DNA of 56,865 nt, taken from the NCBI RefSeq assembly GCF_001194135.2, contig NC_068982.1, positions 66,778,118-66,834,982 of the forward strand, in the 5' to 3' direction. The position numbers were made by a program, and so were the translations under genes. The notes beneath the pieces were generated by a model. It was not told where the DNA came from. It saw nothing but the letters and a program-made list of their open reading frames with translations, and did no database searches. The DNA is from Octopus bimaculoides (Eukaryota). This document shows positions 27,670 to 40,050 of this stretch, piece after piece. Within the stretch, counting starts at the first letter, position 1, and each line of letters opens with the position of its first letter.

Positions 27670-28230
27670 CCAATTGATAGGTATTCTATTTCATCTTCTG
27701 ACTGGGTCTCAACCAGAGACCTAAGGTATGTACATATTAGATGGAGAGAAACTTCCTGAGACTGTAGGCAGTTGATGTCAACACAATTTTTTGAGTTTCA
27801 TAGATGGCTGGTTTCCCAGAGATCTGGTCAAAAAATTTGTCACTACCTTTTTTGATCATTCCCAGGGCACCTACAATAACGTGGTTTTTAATTGCCACGT
27901 CTTAGATATCGCAATCTCAGGGTCCTTATATTTCAATAGTTTTAAAATTCCTTTGCTGAGATGTTTCTATCATCAGGCACTGTCATATCAATTAACAGGC
28001 ATGTTTTTTGTCTTAGATCTTTGATGATGATATGTGGCCTGTTATCATTTATTTGCCTGTTTGTATATATTCTATAATCCCATAGGATGGTAACATTCTC
28101 TCTCTCAGTGATTGGCTCTGGATGGTGTTCATACCAGTTTTTAGGGTGTGGGATATCATAGTGACAGCATATGTTCCAGTGTAAGTATTGGCCAACTTGA
28201 TCATACCTGGTCTTATATTCTGTAGGGGGA
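27670..28230 (-). mobile_element. R4/Dong-clade non-LTR retrotransposon 3' fragment (restriction-like endonuclease)
   Basis: EYKTRYDQVGQYLHWNICCHY...WYEHHPEP...TILWDY...NRPHIIIKD...LLIDMTVPDD matches the RHDxV..HW and NRPD...ID..VP motifs. (ATT)n tracts lie on both sides. Confidence 0.85.
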
Positions 28231-28387
28231 AAGAACTGACTGCCTTTGCTTTAATTTATACAAGCTGTACCCAAGTCTCAACCAAAGATGTCAAGGGACA
28301 AGTCTTTGCATCTAAAGATGCAAACGGATGAGGTTTATGAAAAAAAACTGATGTCTGCACGTAAAAAAAAAAAAATCTCTTTATAAA

Positions 28388-28438
<51 letters not shown>

Positions 28439-28809
28439 CCTGGCAGAACCGTTAGCATGCCAAACAAAACGCTTAACAGCATCTCAATCATCATTATGTT
28501 CTCACTTCCAATTCTGCAGAGGTGGATTTTGCCTTTCATCCTTTTGGAGTTGATAAACTTTCAAGTTTCAATAAAAGTTAAGTACTGGGGTTGATGTAAT
28601 TGACTGGCCCCTCCCCAAATTTTCAGGCTGTGTACCTACAGTATAAAGGATTATTATTATTATTAGTCAAGGTCAACTTTGCTTTTCATCTTTTTGAGGT
28701 CAATAAAAGAAATACTAGCTGTACACTGGGGTCAATGTAATTGATTAACATCTACCCTAAAACTGCTGGCCTTGTACCAAAATTTGAAACCACTATCACC
28801 ACCACCATC

Positions 28810-29150
28810 ATGAAGCTAGGTATACTATCTTAAGGTTTGATGACAACAAGTCTCCTTGAATCCCAAGAATCTTTCTTAGGACTCTTGCAGAATATAAGAA
28901 GGTACTTTTCTGCAGATTGACAAAATGAGTTTCAATTCCACTATCTGCCTCTTAAGTAGCAGTTTGGGTGTTATGCCAAGTATACCAATTACTATAGGAA
29001 TAATTGTTGTCTTAGTTTTCCACAATCTCTTCAGTTCTCTGGCTAGATTTTGTTATCTTTCAGTTTTTAAAAAAATTTCTTTGATATCTACTCTGTTATC
29101 ATAGGGGATTGCAAAGTCTATGATCTTATACTGTTTATATATTTTGTCCT
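28810..29150 (-). mobile_element. Second R4/Dong-type 3' fragment (different subfamily)
   Basis: NLARELKRLWKTKTTIIPIVIGILGITPK matches the KY.DL..E..R.W.....IP.V.G.LG motif. Confidence 0.75.
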
Positions 29151-29592
29151 CTACAGCACCTATGGCTTTTGAAAACATTTTTTTCATACTCAGAATTGTT
29201 AAAAAATAGAATAAAATAAACTACATTGGTTGTTAACTGTCTGGACATTGTATCCTTCAAAAATTCCATGTTTCTAAAATTTACAAACACTGGGCCTAAC
29301 CACTCTTTTCTTGTACTTCTAGCTTTTATTGTTGTCTTTCTTTATTGCTGCTTTGTCATTGTTGTTTAATGTCTCTTTCTTATGCCAGTATGGGTTGGAT
29401 GATTTGACAGGAGCCAGTGAGGCAGAGGAATGCACCAAGCACCAATGTCTGCTTTGGCATGGTTTCTACAGTAAGGTAGCTTTCTTAATACTAACCACTT
29501 CACAGAGTGTACTGCGTAATTTTCATGTAGCACTTAGTGAAGTCACTAACTCACAAGACAAGACACCCTTCAACTGAGAGTGTGAGTGTAGT

Positions 29593-29890
29593 TTAGACCC
29601 CTTTGGTCATGAATGACCACAGGATTGCACCTAAAAAGTCCCCTTCCAAGGCACTAGTCCAGGTAAGATTGTTTAGGGAAGACCAGCAGTCCCCTCTCCA
29701 TGCCGCTGATGTTATCCAAGGGAAAGGCAAACACCAATACAGCTTGGCACCAGTAACATTGCAACTCATTTCTACAGCTGAGTGAACAAGAGCAACATGA
29801 AATAAAGTGTCTTGTTCAAGAACACAAAACACAGCCTGGTCCAGGAACTGAACTCACTACTTCATGATTGTGACACTGGGCCATGTGCCT
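29593..29890 (-). mobile_element. tRNA-derived SINE, family A
   Basis: Reverse complement of 7860-8175. Confidence 0.85.
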
Positions 29891-29904
29891 TCACGGGGGT
29901 GTAG

Positions 29905-29971
<67 letters not shown>

Positions 29972-30654
29972 CACACAACTGACTACTCCTGGGTGTCTGT
30001 TACATACAAAGTTCTTCTTCACTGTTAGCCTGTTAACTGTGCCTCATGTGCATCCATAACTTACATTGACTACACTATGTGACTTTCTTCTCTACTCTTT
30101 TCCTGTGTACTGAGCATAGCCATTCCTTAGATGGAAATAGGATACACCACCACCACCACCCAGTGGCCATCTTCCTTCTTGTTAACCAAAACTTTTCTCT
30201 TCATTAAGCTTATTTTAAGGACACTTGATTTTAGACATTATTTCTGCTTTAAGCTCTCTATCCCATAAATTTAACTGGTAATGTGAAGATAATCATGAAA
30301 TGATGCTAGTTGGATTATAGTGGTAGCAGCAAGTGAGCTAGCAGTTGTAGTGGTGTAGATGATGTTTATGGTGATGATGCTGGTGGTGGTGGTGGTAGCA
30401 GTGATGGCAATATGGATGCAAGCAATAGTAGAGGATGTAGATGGAAATAGTGACCAACAATGCTAAAGTGATGCTGGGTGGTAGCTGTACCAACAGTAGT
30501 AGTAGTGATGGTGGTGGTGGTGATGGTAATAGTGGAGATAGTGCAACAGTGGTATTAGCACTGATATTAGCACAGGAGTTATGCTGGTGGTGGTAATGAT
30601 GGTACGAAACAGAGATGATGGTAGTAACGGTGGAGCTAGAGGCATTAGAACCTC

Positions 30655-30933
30655 ACTAACCAGCCAAGCAACCAATCAGCCAGCCAGCCAAGCAACCAAG
30701 TAACCAACCAGCTAGCCAACCAACCAGCCAGCCAACCAACCAACTAGCCAGCTAACCAACCAACTGATCAGCCAACCAATAAGCCAGCCAGTCAACTAAT
30801 CAGCCAACCAACCAACCAACCAACCAGCCAGCCAGCCAATCAACCAACCAACCAACTAGCCAGCTAACCAACCAACCAACCAGCCAGCCAGTCAGCCAAC
30901 AAATCAACCAACCAGCCAGCCAACCAGCCAACC
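30655..30933. repeat. Mixed (CCAA)/(CCAG) tetranucleotide satellite running into an assembly gap
   Basis: Visible tandem ccaa/ccag units, preceded by GGT-rich low-complexity sequence from about 30300. Confidence 0.9.
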
Positions 30934-31588
30934 NNNNNNNNNNNNNNNNNNNNNNNNNNNNNNNNNNNNNNNNNNNNNNNNNNNNNNNNNNNNNNNNNNN
31001 NNNNNNNNNNNNNNNNNNNNNNNNNNNNNNNNNNNNNNNNNNNNNNNNNNNNNNNNNNNNNNNNNNNNNNNNNNNNAAAAAAAAAAAAAAAAAAGACAAA
31101 AGATAGCAGCAGCATTTGGTATTTCCTTCCAAGTGATCCTAATATAGCCAGTTTATAATCGTGACACCCAACACCCTTGTGTAATCACCATTACCAACCT
31201 CTTTTTTGACCAATCACAATTTAGAGCCGTTCATGTTTACCTGAAAGCTTAAGTGATTAAATAATATCCCTGAGTTAAGGTATAAAGGAAGTCATGTTGC
31301 TAAGGTGGTTGTTTGATGGTTTCTTAGTCCCCTTCCACTACCACTACCACCTCCAATACTGTTCCCACTACCCTCTGGCTTGCTCCGGTGAGAAGTATAG
31401 ACTAATATTCTTTGTAAACATAACCTGAAGGTGTGTTATTGAAGTGTTGAAAAATGATATACAAATAGACTTAGGGAGGTGCTAAAGAGATAATGCATAT
31501 ATCATCATTTAATGTCTATTTTCCATGCTGGCATGGATTGGACAGCTTCACAGGAACTGGTAAGGCCAGGAGTCACATTAGGTTCCAT

Positions 31589-31626
<38 letters not shown>

Positions 31627-31672
31627 NNNNNNNNNNNNNNNNNNNNNNNNNNNNNNNNNNNNNNNNNNNNNN

Positions 31673-31713
<41 letters not shown>

Positions 31714-31717
<4 letters not shown>

Positions 31718-32388
31718 GTGTTATGAGCATTTATAGAACATGTATCCTATAGAAACTCAACAAACAGTTAAAGATGGAGAAGAGGTGTTATGAGTTTAAA
31801 AACAAATTTAATCCATGCATACGATCGTTTCAAACGGTAATATTAACATGTAAATAACATGGTAAAAAAATTAATTTAATTATAATTAAATTAATTACAT
31901 ATTACTGTTCTCCTCAGTGTGTCACATAACACATTCGGATATGCATAATATCTTTATGAAAGACATGCTAAGATAGTGTTGAGTCTAGTTGTGGCTGACC
32001 AGCTAGTTAGTTGGTTGGTTGGTTGGTTTAGTTTATACACAACTAGACTCAACACTATCTTAGCATGTTATTGCCTTTCATAAAGATATTATGTATATCT
32101 GAATATGTTATGTGACACTCACTCCATCTAGTCTTCTGTGACAGTACAACATTCTTCCGATGTATTCTTTTTGATGTATTCTTTTTTCACACTGAGGAGA
32201 ACAATATGTAATTAATTTAATTATAATTAAATTAATTTTTTACCATGTTATTTACATGTTAATATTACCGTTCGAAACGATCGTATGCATGGATTAAATT
32301 TTTAAAAATCTTATAACACTTTCTCTTCTCCATCTTGGTTGTTGAGTTTCTATTGGATATGTGTTTTATAAATGCTCATAAAACACTT
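31714..32388. mobile_element. About 675-bp inverted-repeat element with outward-facing hammerhead-like motifs (family HH-C)
   Basis: Arms pair around a loop containing (ggtt)n at about 31993-32036. The right arm has about 70 extra nt. Outer ends aagtgtgttatgagc...gctcataaaacactt. Confidence 0.85.
32189..32289 (+). ncRNA. Hammerhead-like motif (HH-C, right arm; mirror copy on minus strand at about 31815-31919)
   Basis: CUGAGGA(32192-98)-GAAC..75 nt..GUUC-GAAA(32274-77)-CGAUCG-UA/UGC with palindromic stem III ACGAUCGU. Stem I has only 2 Watson-Crick pairs. Confidence 0.55.
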
Positions 32389-32749
32389 CACACTTGTAAC
32401 ATTTTCATATTCGAAAAATACTTACTATAGTAAGCTACCAATGTAATACGAAGAATCTTTATTAGAAATCGACCTTTGGAACACCCCAAAGTAAAGGATG
32501 ATATAGNNNNNNNNNNNNNNNNNNNNNNNNNNNNNNNNNATATATATATTTATTTATTTACACACACCCATGCTAGCATTGAACACGGATGTTAAATGAT
32601 GATGATGATGATGATGATACATACATACATATATTTAAAATTAAGATTCAGTTGAATTAGGTACTTAAATTGAGGCACCAAGCCAGTTCGGTATAGTCCA
32701 TGCAGCTCGAAGTTAGGTGAATAAAAAGCAAATAAGTAACAAGGGTGTC

Positions 32750-33409
32750 CAGGTATCAATGCATTACAGGCATTTCAAGTGGCTCCATTTAATCGATCCA
32801 TGAAAACATTACATCAATTTGAAAGAAACCGCTTTCCTCAGTGCAGTCAACCATATAGATTTCCAATATAAAGGATAAACCATTTTTTAAAGCACAATTT
32901 ACATCAGTACAAGAAACCAAAATAATTATATTGTTTCCCTTTGCTATGTTTGTGGCAGAACAAATTTAGGAAAAAATGTACATCTAAAGCCTATTATAAT
33001 TTAGAGAGTAGCAGAGGAACATAGTTGGGTGGGGTCAAGAAAAAGGAATGGTGAGATAGTTAATTTATCTTTATTTTATTCATAAGATTTTATGCACCAT
33101 ATAGTCTACAACCCTTTAGAGTCAAATCCATTGAGAGTTGACAGTTAAGTTCCAGTTGGTGGTGATTAATTAATTAATGCGTTTTTCCCTAATTCATTTT
33201 GCCACAAACATAGCAAAGGGAAACAATATAATTATTTTGGTTTCTAATACCAACGTAAATTATGCTAAAAAAAAAAGGTTTATTCTTTATATTGTAAATC
33301 TATATGGTCATCTGCTTCAGGGGAGAGCAGTTTCTTTCAAATTGATGTAATGCTTTGATAGATCAATTAAATGGAGCCACTTGAAACAGGCGTAATGCAT
33401 TGATACCTG
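32750..33409. mobile_element. Inverted-repeat element (about 230-bp arms, about 200-bp spacer) with decayed hammerhead-like motifs (family HH-D)
   Basis: Arms at 32750-32980 and 33178-33409. The minus strand of the left arm reads UGCA-CUGAGGA-AAGCGG..58 nt..CCACUU-GAAA-UGCCUG-UA-AUGCA; the CUGA box of the right arm is degenerate. Confidence 0.7.
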
Positions 33410-33481
33410 TCCTCAGTCAAATCGTCCAACCCATGCTAGCATGGAAAGCAGACGTTAAACGATGATGATGANNNNNNNNNN

Positions 33482-33541
<60 letters not shown>

Positions 33542-34248
33542 TGCATGCACACATACAGTCATGGCTATGTGGTTAAGAAGTTCACTTCCTAACGATGTGA
33601 TTTCAGGTTCAGTCCCACTGAGTGGATGGGATAGACAGAAACTCAAAAAAACCTGTTGAGTGTGTGTGTACGTATACGTATGGGTGTGAGTGTGTGTGTT
33701 TCATATTTGCGCTTCTCCAAAAGTCATGGGAATCTTGCTGGTATTTCTCTTGTTAATAGGTGATCTACTGGTGTTTCATCTTCAAAGATGTGTGGAACAA
33801 GAGATCCCTAACTTGAACATAAAGGTTAGTGGCAGGAAGACCATTACAATTTCGATATGTAATTAAAAGATCCAAGGATCTAAGCATAGGAAGTTTGTAA
33901 GCTTCAGGCAGTCAATGGTAGGTATAAAAAACAACATTCAGGAACAATAATAATTTACATATTTGTGTGTGTGTGTGTGTGTGTATGNNNNNNNNNNNNN
34001 NNNNNNNNNNNNNNNNNNNNNNNNNNNNNNNNNNNNNNNNNNNNNNNNNNNNNNNNNNNNNNNNNNNNNNNNNNNNNNNNNNNNNNNNNNNNNNNNNNNN
34101 NNNNNNNNNNNNNNNNNNNNNNNNNNNNNNNNNNNNNNNNNNNNNNNNNNNNNNNNNNNNNNNNNNNNNNNNNNNNNNNNNNNNNNNNNNNNNNNNNNNN
34201 NNNNNNNNNNNNNNNNNNNNNNNNNNNNNNNNNNNNNNNNNNNNNNNN

Positions 34249-34305
<57 letters not shown>

Positions 34306-35219
34306 AGCGCACACATATCTGCAGTTGAATGCCCTTCCTAATGCCTATCGCCCAGCACACTCTATTAAGTGATTGGCATTAGAAAGGGCATCCAGTTGTA
34401 AAAACCATGCCACAACAAACAATTGGAGTCTGGACAGCTCCCATTTGGCCAGCTCCATGTCAAACCATCCAACTCATGCCATCATGGAAAGTGGATGCTA
34501 AACAATGATGATGACTCACACTCACACACACAAGGGCAGTGTTCTTATTCGTATTTACACACGCTTGAAAGAAGTGATTGTCCTATCATCAAGCAGCTAA
34601 TAAATTATGATAATGATAACGTCATAATTAGGATAATTATCATCGAATGTCTTCAAGTGAATGAAAAATTACAATTGCAAACTTTGCAGGGCTCAGTAAA
34701 AGTTCGTTTTTTTTTTTCCTCTATTGTTACAACAGTTCATAGGTTTAGACTCGTATAGGACACACCTAGTCACTTTGATATCTTTCATCAGCAGATTGGT
34801 GTGGTTGGTGAGCAAATACTAAAAGAATCATTAATTAAAAAGATAAGATGTGTTACATTCCACATAGAAAGACAGTTTAATGAAATGAATAAAAAATAAA
34901 TATTTTTGATAAGAATTAAAGGTGTTACTATATATCTTTTATATTCATTTATGATAACATTGAGAGGTATGCAAATAAAGCTCCTATTTCCTTCCTCTAC
35001 TCCCATCACCTACACCCCCCCTCCACTACCAGGTACATACAGAAATATCCACATTGCTAGATTGGCCTTCATACTGGCAAGAAGGGATAAACATCTCTCA
35101 GTGATTCATCCAATAATGCAGTATTACCTGATGAAATGAATCAATGATGACGATCAACTGGATGGCCACAGATAATACAGACAATACTGTACTAATCTCA
35201 AGGATGCAGACTCTAATGT

Positions 35220-35403
35220 TAAAGTGATAGTATGTTGTCAACTTAATGTGACAGTCCCATGAAAGGGAAGAATGCTACTGTTATTTAGCCCTAGGAAATG
35301 TGTCAAGTCCAACAGGAAACAGTGTTTCCTAGGGCTAAATGACAGTAGCATTCTTCCCTTTCATGGGACTGTCACATTAAGTTGACAAAATACTATCACT
35401 TTA
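35220..35403. repeat. Near-perfect hairpin: 79-bp arms, 2 mismatches, 26-nt loop
   Basis: 35220-35298 versus 35325-35403, read directly. Confidence 0.9.
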
Positions 35404-35850
35404 TCGTGCTGCTACTGCATAAATCTCTCTGAGAGATTTAAAAATGTATTACTTCTAATGTTAAAATCATGTGATTTGTCAAACATGCACAGTAATGCAT
35501 TAAATATTTATAAATTCCATCCTATATATATATGACTCATCAGTTATGACAACAAGTGTTCCAGTTGATCCAATCAACAGAACAGCCTGCTCATGGAATT
35601 AACATGCAAGTAGCTGAGCATTCCACAAACACATGTACCCTTAACATAGTTCTCTGGGAAATTCAGCATGGCACAGAATGTGATAAGCTGGCCCTTTAAA
35701 TTATAGGTACAACTCATTTTTGCCACCTGAGGACCTAGTGCAATGGGAAATAAAGTGTCTTGCTCAAGGACACAATGTGACATCGGGAATTGAACATATG
35801 ACCTTATGATCATGAGTTGAATATCATAGCCATTAAACCACGCACTTCTC

Positions 35851-35897
<47 letters not shown>

Positions 35898-36272
35898 CAT
35901 GCATACATACACATACGCACACACATATAATGCAGGTATGACTGTGTGGCACCAAATGTCTACTACTACAGCCCTTGGTTAACCAAAGCATTGTGAGTGA
36001 ATTTAGAAACTGTAAAGAGCCTGTCATGTGTATGTGTGTATGTGGATTGTGTATGTTTGTGTCTTCTTGTCTTGACATCATGTGATAGTTGTAAATGAAT
36101 GTCAGTGTCATTCATTTTCAATATTCTGTGAAAATATGTCTGGCCAAGGGGAAGTATTACCTTGCTTGGAAACAGGTAAGGGGGGGGTGATAGGAAGGGC
36201 ATCCAAATATAGAAAATCTGCCTCAATGTAAATCTGTCAGCCTCATGAAAGCATGGAATCGTGAACATGAAA

Positions 36273-36342
<70 letters not shown>

Positions 36343-36810
36343 AACATCAAAATGGAATAAGCAGGACAAGAGGAGACACATGGGACTGAGAATCACTGAT
36401 AAGGTTACAGAATGTGTGATGAAAGAACTTTGACAGACAAATAAACTCAAAATAATCCTTTCTATTATAGCCACAAGGTCTGAAATTTGCAGGGAGGGGG
36501 CAAGTTGATCACATCGACCCCCGTGTGTAACTGGTACTTATTTAATCAAGCCCAAAAGGATTAAAGACAAAGTCAACCTGGGCAGGATTCGACTCAGTAT
36601 GTAGTGGCAGACGAAATACCCCTAGGCACTTCGCCTGGCATGCTAACGATTTTGCCAGCTCGCTGCCTTCAATAAACTCAAAAATAATACAAATAAAACC
36701 TAAAGTGAAGATCAAATAAATAGTGCATGCATTTAATTGATAAAAAAAAAAAGACCAACCCCAAGTATAACAATATACATATTGTGCTAACAGTTGAACC
36801 AGTTCATCAC

Positions 36811-36845
<35 letters not shown>

Positions 36846-36846
<1 letters not shown>

Positions 36847-37221
36847 TGATAGAAATTGGCAAAATGTGGAACCTCAAGACTAAAACAATACCTGTTCTCA
36901 TAGGTGCCCTAGGAATGATAGCAAAAGGGGCTGATTCCTACCTGTCTCAGATACCAGGGAACCCCAAAATGGCAGAAATTCCAAAGATAGAGCTCATGGG
37001 AACTGCTCATATCCTACGTAAAGTATTATGTAATCTCAAATTGTAAAACAAAACTCATAATTTTCTTATGTTTCCTTAAACATTCTCTCAAACAATACTA
37101 TGTGCAAAACCAAATATATGACACCGTAGGCATAACACCAACATGAACTTCTAACTTGTCTCTTGTGGTCTCTAGCTGAGACTTGGAGTCAACTCGTACA
37201 AATACAAAGCAAAAGTCAAAC

Positions 37222-37223
<2 letters not shown>
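36846..37223 (+). mobile_element. 5'-truncated R4/Dong element inserted in an (AAT)n microsatellite
   Basis: IEIGKMWNLKTKTIPVLIGALGMIAKG...IPGNPKMAEIPKIELMGTAHILRKVL is the R4/Dong C-terminus. (AAT)n at 36811-36846 and 37224-37265. Confidence 0.88.
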
Positions 37224-37294
<71 letters not shown>

Positions 37295-38904
37295 ACAGTG
37301 AAGATGGAGTAGGAGTGGAGCAGGAGAAGGGAGAGAATTGATGGTTTTTCCAAGTTTCTGTGTATGCCAGATGATGGAGAATCATCTGGTACACACTAAA
37401 ATTCATCCAGTCCATTCTAGCATGGCACCCTGACCCCTATCCCAACACTCCCCAAAAAACAAAACAAATAATATAAAATGGTGATAATAATGATGATGAT
37501 GATAGCACCAAAGCTAAGTGAAAGTTGATTAATTCAACAATACATCATGTTGTTCACTTAACATGTTAACTGCCACATGTACCACCAGTGGTTCATCACA
37601 AACTTTGCACAACAGCCATATGCACCACTGGTGCTGTACATTTTCATAATTTGAGAAAATATTCTACTCTGTATCTTTGACATGGTTTCAAGGATATTTA
37701 AATAGCATGAACTGGTTTCAAACTTTGGTACAAGGCCAGAAATTTCAGGGAAGAAATAGGTCAATTACAATGACTCCCGGGGCTCAACTGGTACTTATTT
37801 TATCAACCCCAAAAGGATGAAAGGTTAAGCTGACCTTAGCAGAATTTGAACTCAGAATGTAAAGACAGACAAAATGTTGCTAAGCATTTTGCCCAGTGTG
37901 CTAACGATCCAGCTAGCTTACTGCCTTGTAGGTGCTAAATATCAATTTCAAAATTTGGCACAAGGCCAGCACATTCAGGGTAGAGGGAAGCTGATTACAT
38001 CAACCCCAGTGCTTAACTGGTACTTATTTTATTGAACCTGAAAGCATATAAGGCAAAGTCTACCTCAGTGAAATTTGAACACAGAACATAAAGATGGATG
38101 AAATTCCACTAAGCATTTTGCCTGGCTTGCTAATGATTCTGCCAGCTTGCCACCTTATATGCTAAATATTAAAGTTTAATTATGAAATAGTGTAAAAATT
38201 CAAAATAATCACACTTCTTTGTAATTAAACAGCATGCAGTGTGAGTGGAAATATGTAGCATCACTGGTAAGTTCCAGTAACAGGCTGTGACTGTTTGTGT
38301 GTTAAAGTTTTTCATTGGTCGACATCAATTGATTCAAAATCAATTAATCACAATATGACAATAGTTGAGACAGGAGTGGTAGGTGACATTGTGTTCACTA
38401 GATCATATGTAATCATTGTGAAATGTTTTGTGGTTAAGATTCCTGTTTTAAAATGTGTTTATCTTTGAGAAGAGATTGAACAAAGTTTTTTTTTAGTTAG
38501 GTATGTTGTATTATTCTGCACTAGATGAGAGTAAGGTGACCATCCCTACCACTGCCATCATTGGCACTACCACCACCATCACTGCAACCACTACCATGAT
38601 CATCATAATCACTATTTGAAGGTCTCTTTTTTCTGAGCAAGCTTCAGTTTATTGTAATCAAACAACAATGACGATAGTGACCATCACTACCACTATTACT
38701 GTTGTCATGATGACTGCCGCTACCGTCACCACCACCATGACCATTATAATCATCATTTTAATGTTTGTTTGTTTTTTGATACTGACATAAATAGGATAAG
38801 TCTGTCAAACATTAAATCTCTACCCATCTTGATTTTTTATCATCTGTTGTCCCACATCTTTAGTAAGGTGTTGGAAATGGGAAATATTTGTGGTTATAGG
38901 CATA

Positions 38905-39330
38905 GGCATGGCTGTGTAGTAAGAAGTTTGCTTCCCAACCACATGGTTTCAGGTTCAGTCCCACTGTGTGGCATCTTGGGCAAGTGTCTTCTACTATAGC
39001 CTTGGGCTGACCAAAGCCTGGTGAGTGGATTTAGTAGGCGGAAACTGGAAGAAGCCTATCATGTATATATAAATGTGTGTGTGTGTGTGCATGTGTGTGT
39101 GCATGTGTGTGTATTTGTGTGTTTGTGTATGTGTCTGTCAGCCACCACTGCTTGACTACTGGTGTTGGTGTATTTATGTCCCTGTAACATTAGTAGTTCA
39201 GCAAAAGATACCTATAGAATGAGTACTAGAATTTACAAAAGATAATAAGTTCTGGGGTCAAAAAATTTAACTAAAGGTCCCTCAAGGTAGTGCCCCAACA
39301 TGGCCATAGTCAATGACTAAAATAAATAAA
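38905..39330 (+). mobile_element. tRNA-derived SINE, family D (with internal microsatellite)
   Basis: Head ggctgtgtagtaagaag...ggttcagtccc. Same family at 43765-44136 and 50375-50765, and inverted at 43430-43760 and at 21355-21520 plus 22905-23070. Confidence 0.85.
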
Positions 39331-39656
39331 AGATGTAAAGATTCCAGTTGAGTAAGGAAGTGTATATTCGGAATAGTTTAGAATGTGGAAAATGATTTTT
39401 GCAAAGATTAGAATGAGGAAGGCTTTTGAAACATCGGTGAGATCATGGTGGAAAGAGTTGGCTGCTATTTCTAGCATGTCAGATGACCAAATAAGTCTCT
39501 CTGTCTATCTATCTATCTATCTCTTTCATTCATTGGCTTGTGAGTAGATTATTTGCCATTGTGGCTGGATTAGGTACCAAACTTCATGTGTTCCACATTT
39601 CTGATATCAGAGTACATTAGAATAAAAGAAAAGAAAAATTTTGCCAGACAACTAAC

Positions 39657-39696
39657 CATCTCTTCACCCCTTAATCTGTTGATGCATTGAAACAAA
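39657..39696 (-). CDS. 40-nt internal exon of the host gene ((F)LFQCINRLRGEEM)
   Basis: Acceptor caattttcag, donor gttagt. Starts in phase 2 and ends in phase 0, exactly complementing the 50-nt exon upstream and the phase-0 terminal exon. Confidence 0.65.
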
Positions 39697-39943
39697 CTGA
39701 AAATTGTGAATAGTTTGGTGGCTTACTCAGTTAAAATTGAATTCTTTTGCATAAAAATAGAAGTATTATAGGAAGTGAGAGATTGTTATACTATTATTGA
39801 AAACATCTATCAAAGCTTAAAATAATCTTGATAAACTCTTGCTGGGTCTCTAATGATAATAGATTTTGGTACAGTACTAATGTTCAGGGTAAATATTTGG
39901 AGAGATTTCTGAACCGGTTCTATTCTTCACTTAGGTTTCATAC

Positions 39944-39993
39944 AATTCTGGAGACATGAGAGGAGCTAATATTTCAAGGACCAGTTGGAATTG
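39944..39993 (-). CDS. 50-nt internal exon of the host gene (QFQLVLEILAPLMSPE+2 nt)
   Basis: Acceptor cctttcaacag, donor gtatga. In frame with the large exon across a 57-nt GT-AG intron. Confidence 0.65.
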
Positions 39994-40050
39994 CTGTTGA
40001 AAGGCATACACAAACAACACATTTAGAGTTAAAATAGATCAACAACTTAC

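Noticed and set aside
34770-35140. Extra internal exons of the host gene (YLLTNHTNLLMKDIK at about 34775-34819; NTALLDESLRDVYPFLP at about 35085-35137)
   Set aside because: Plausible acceptors, but weak or phase-incompatible donors. They are not needed for an in-frame model and cannot be supported without RNA data.
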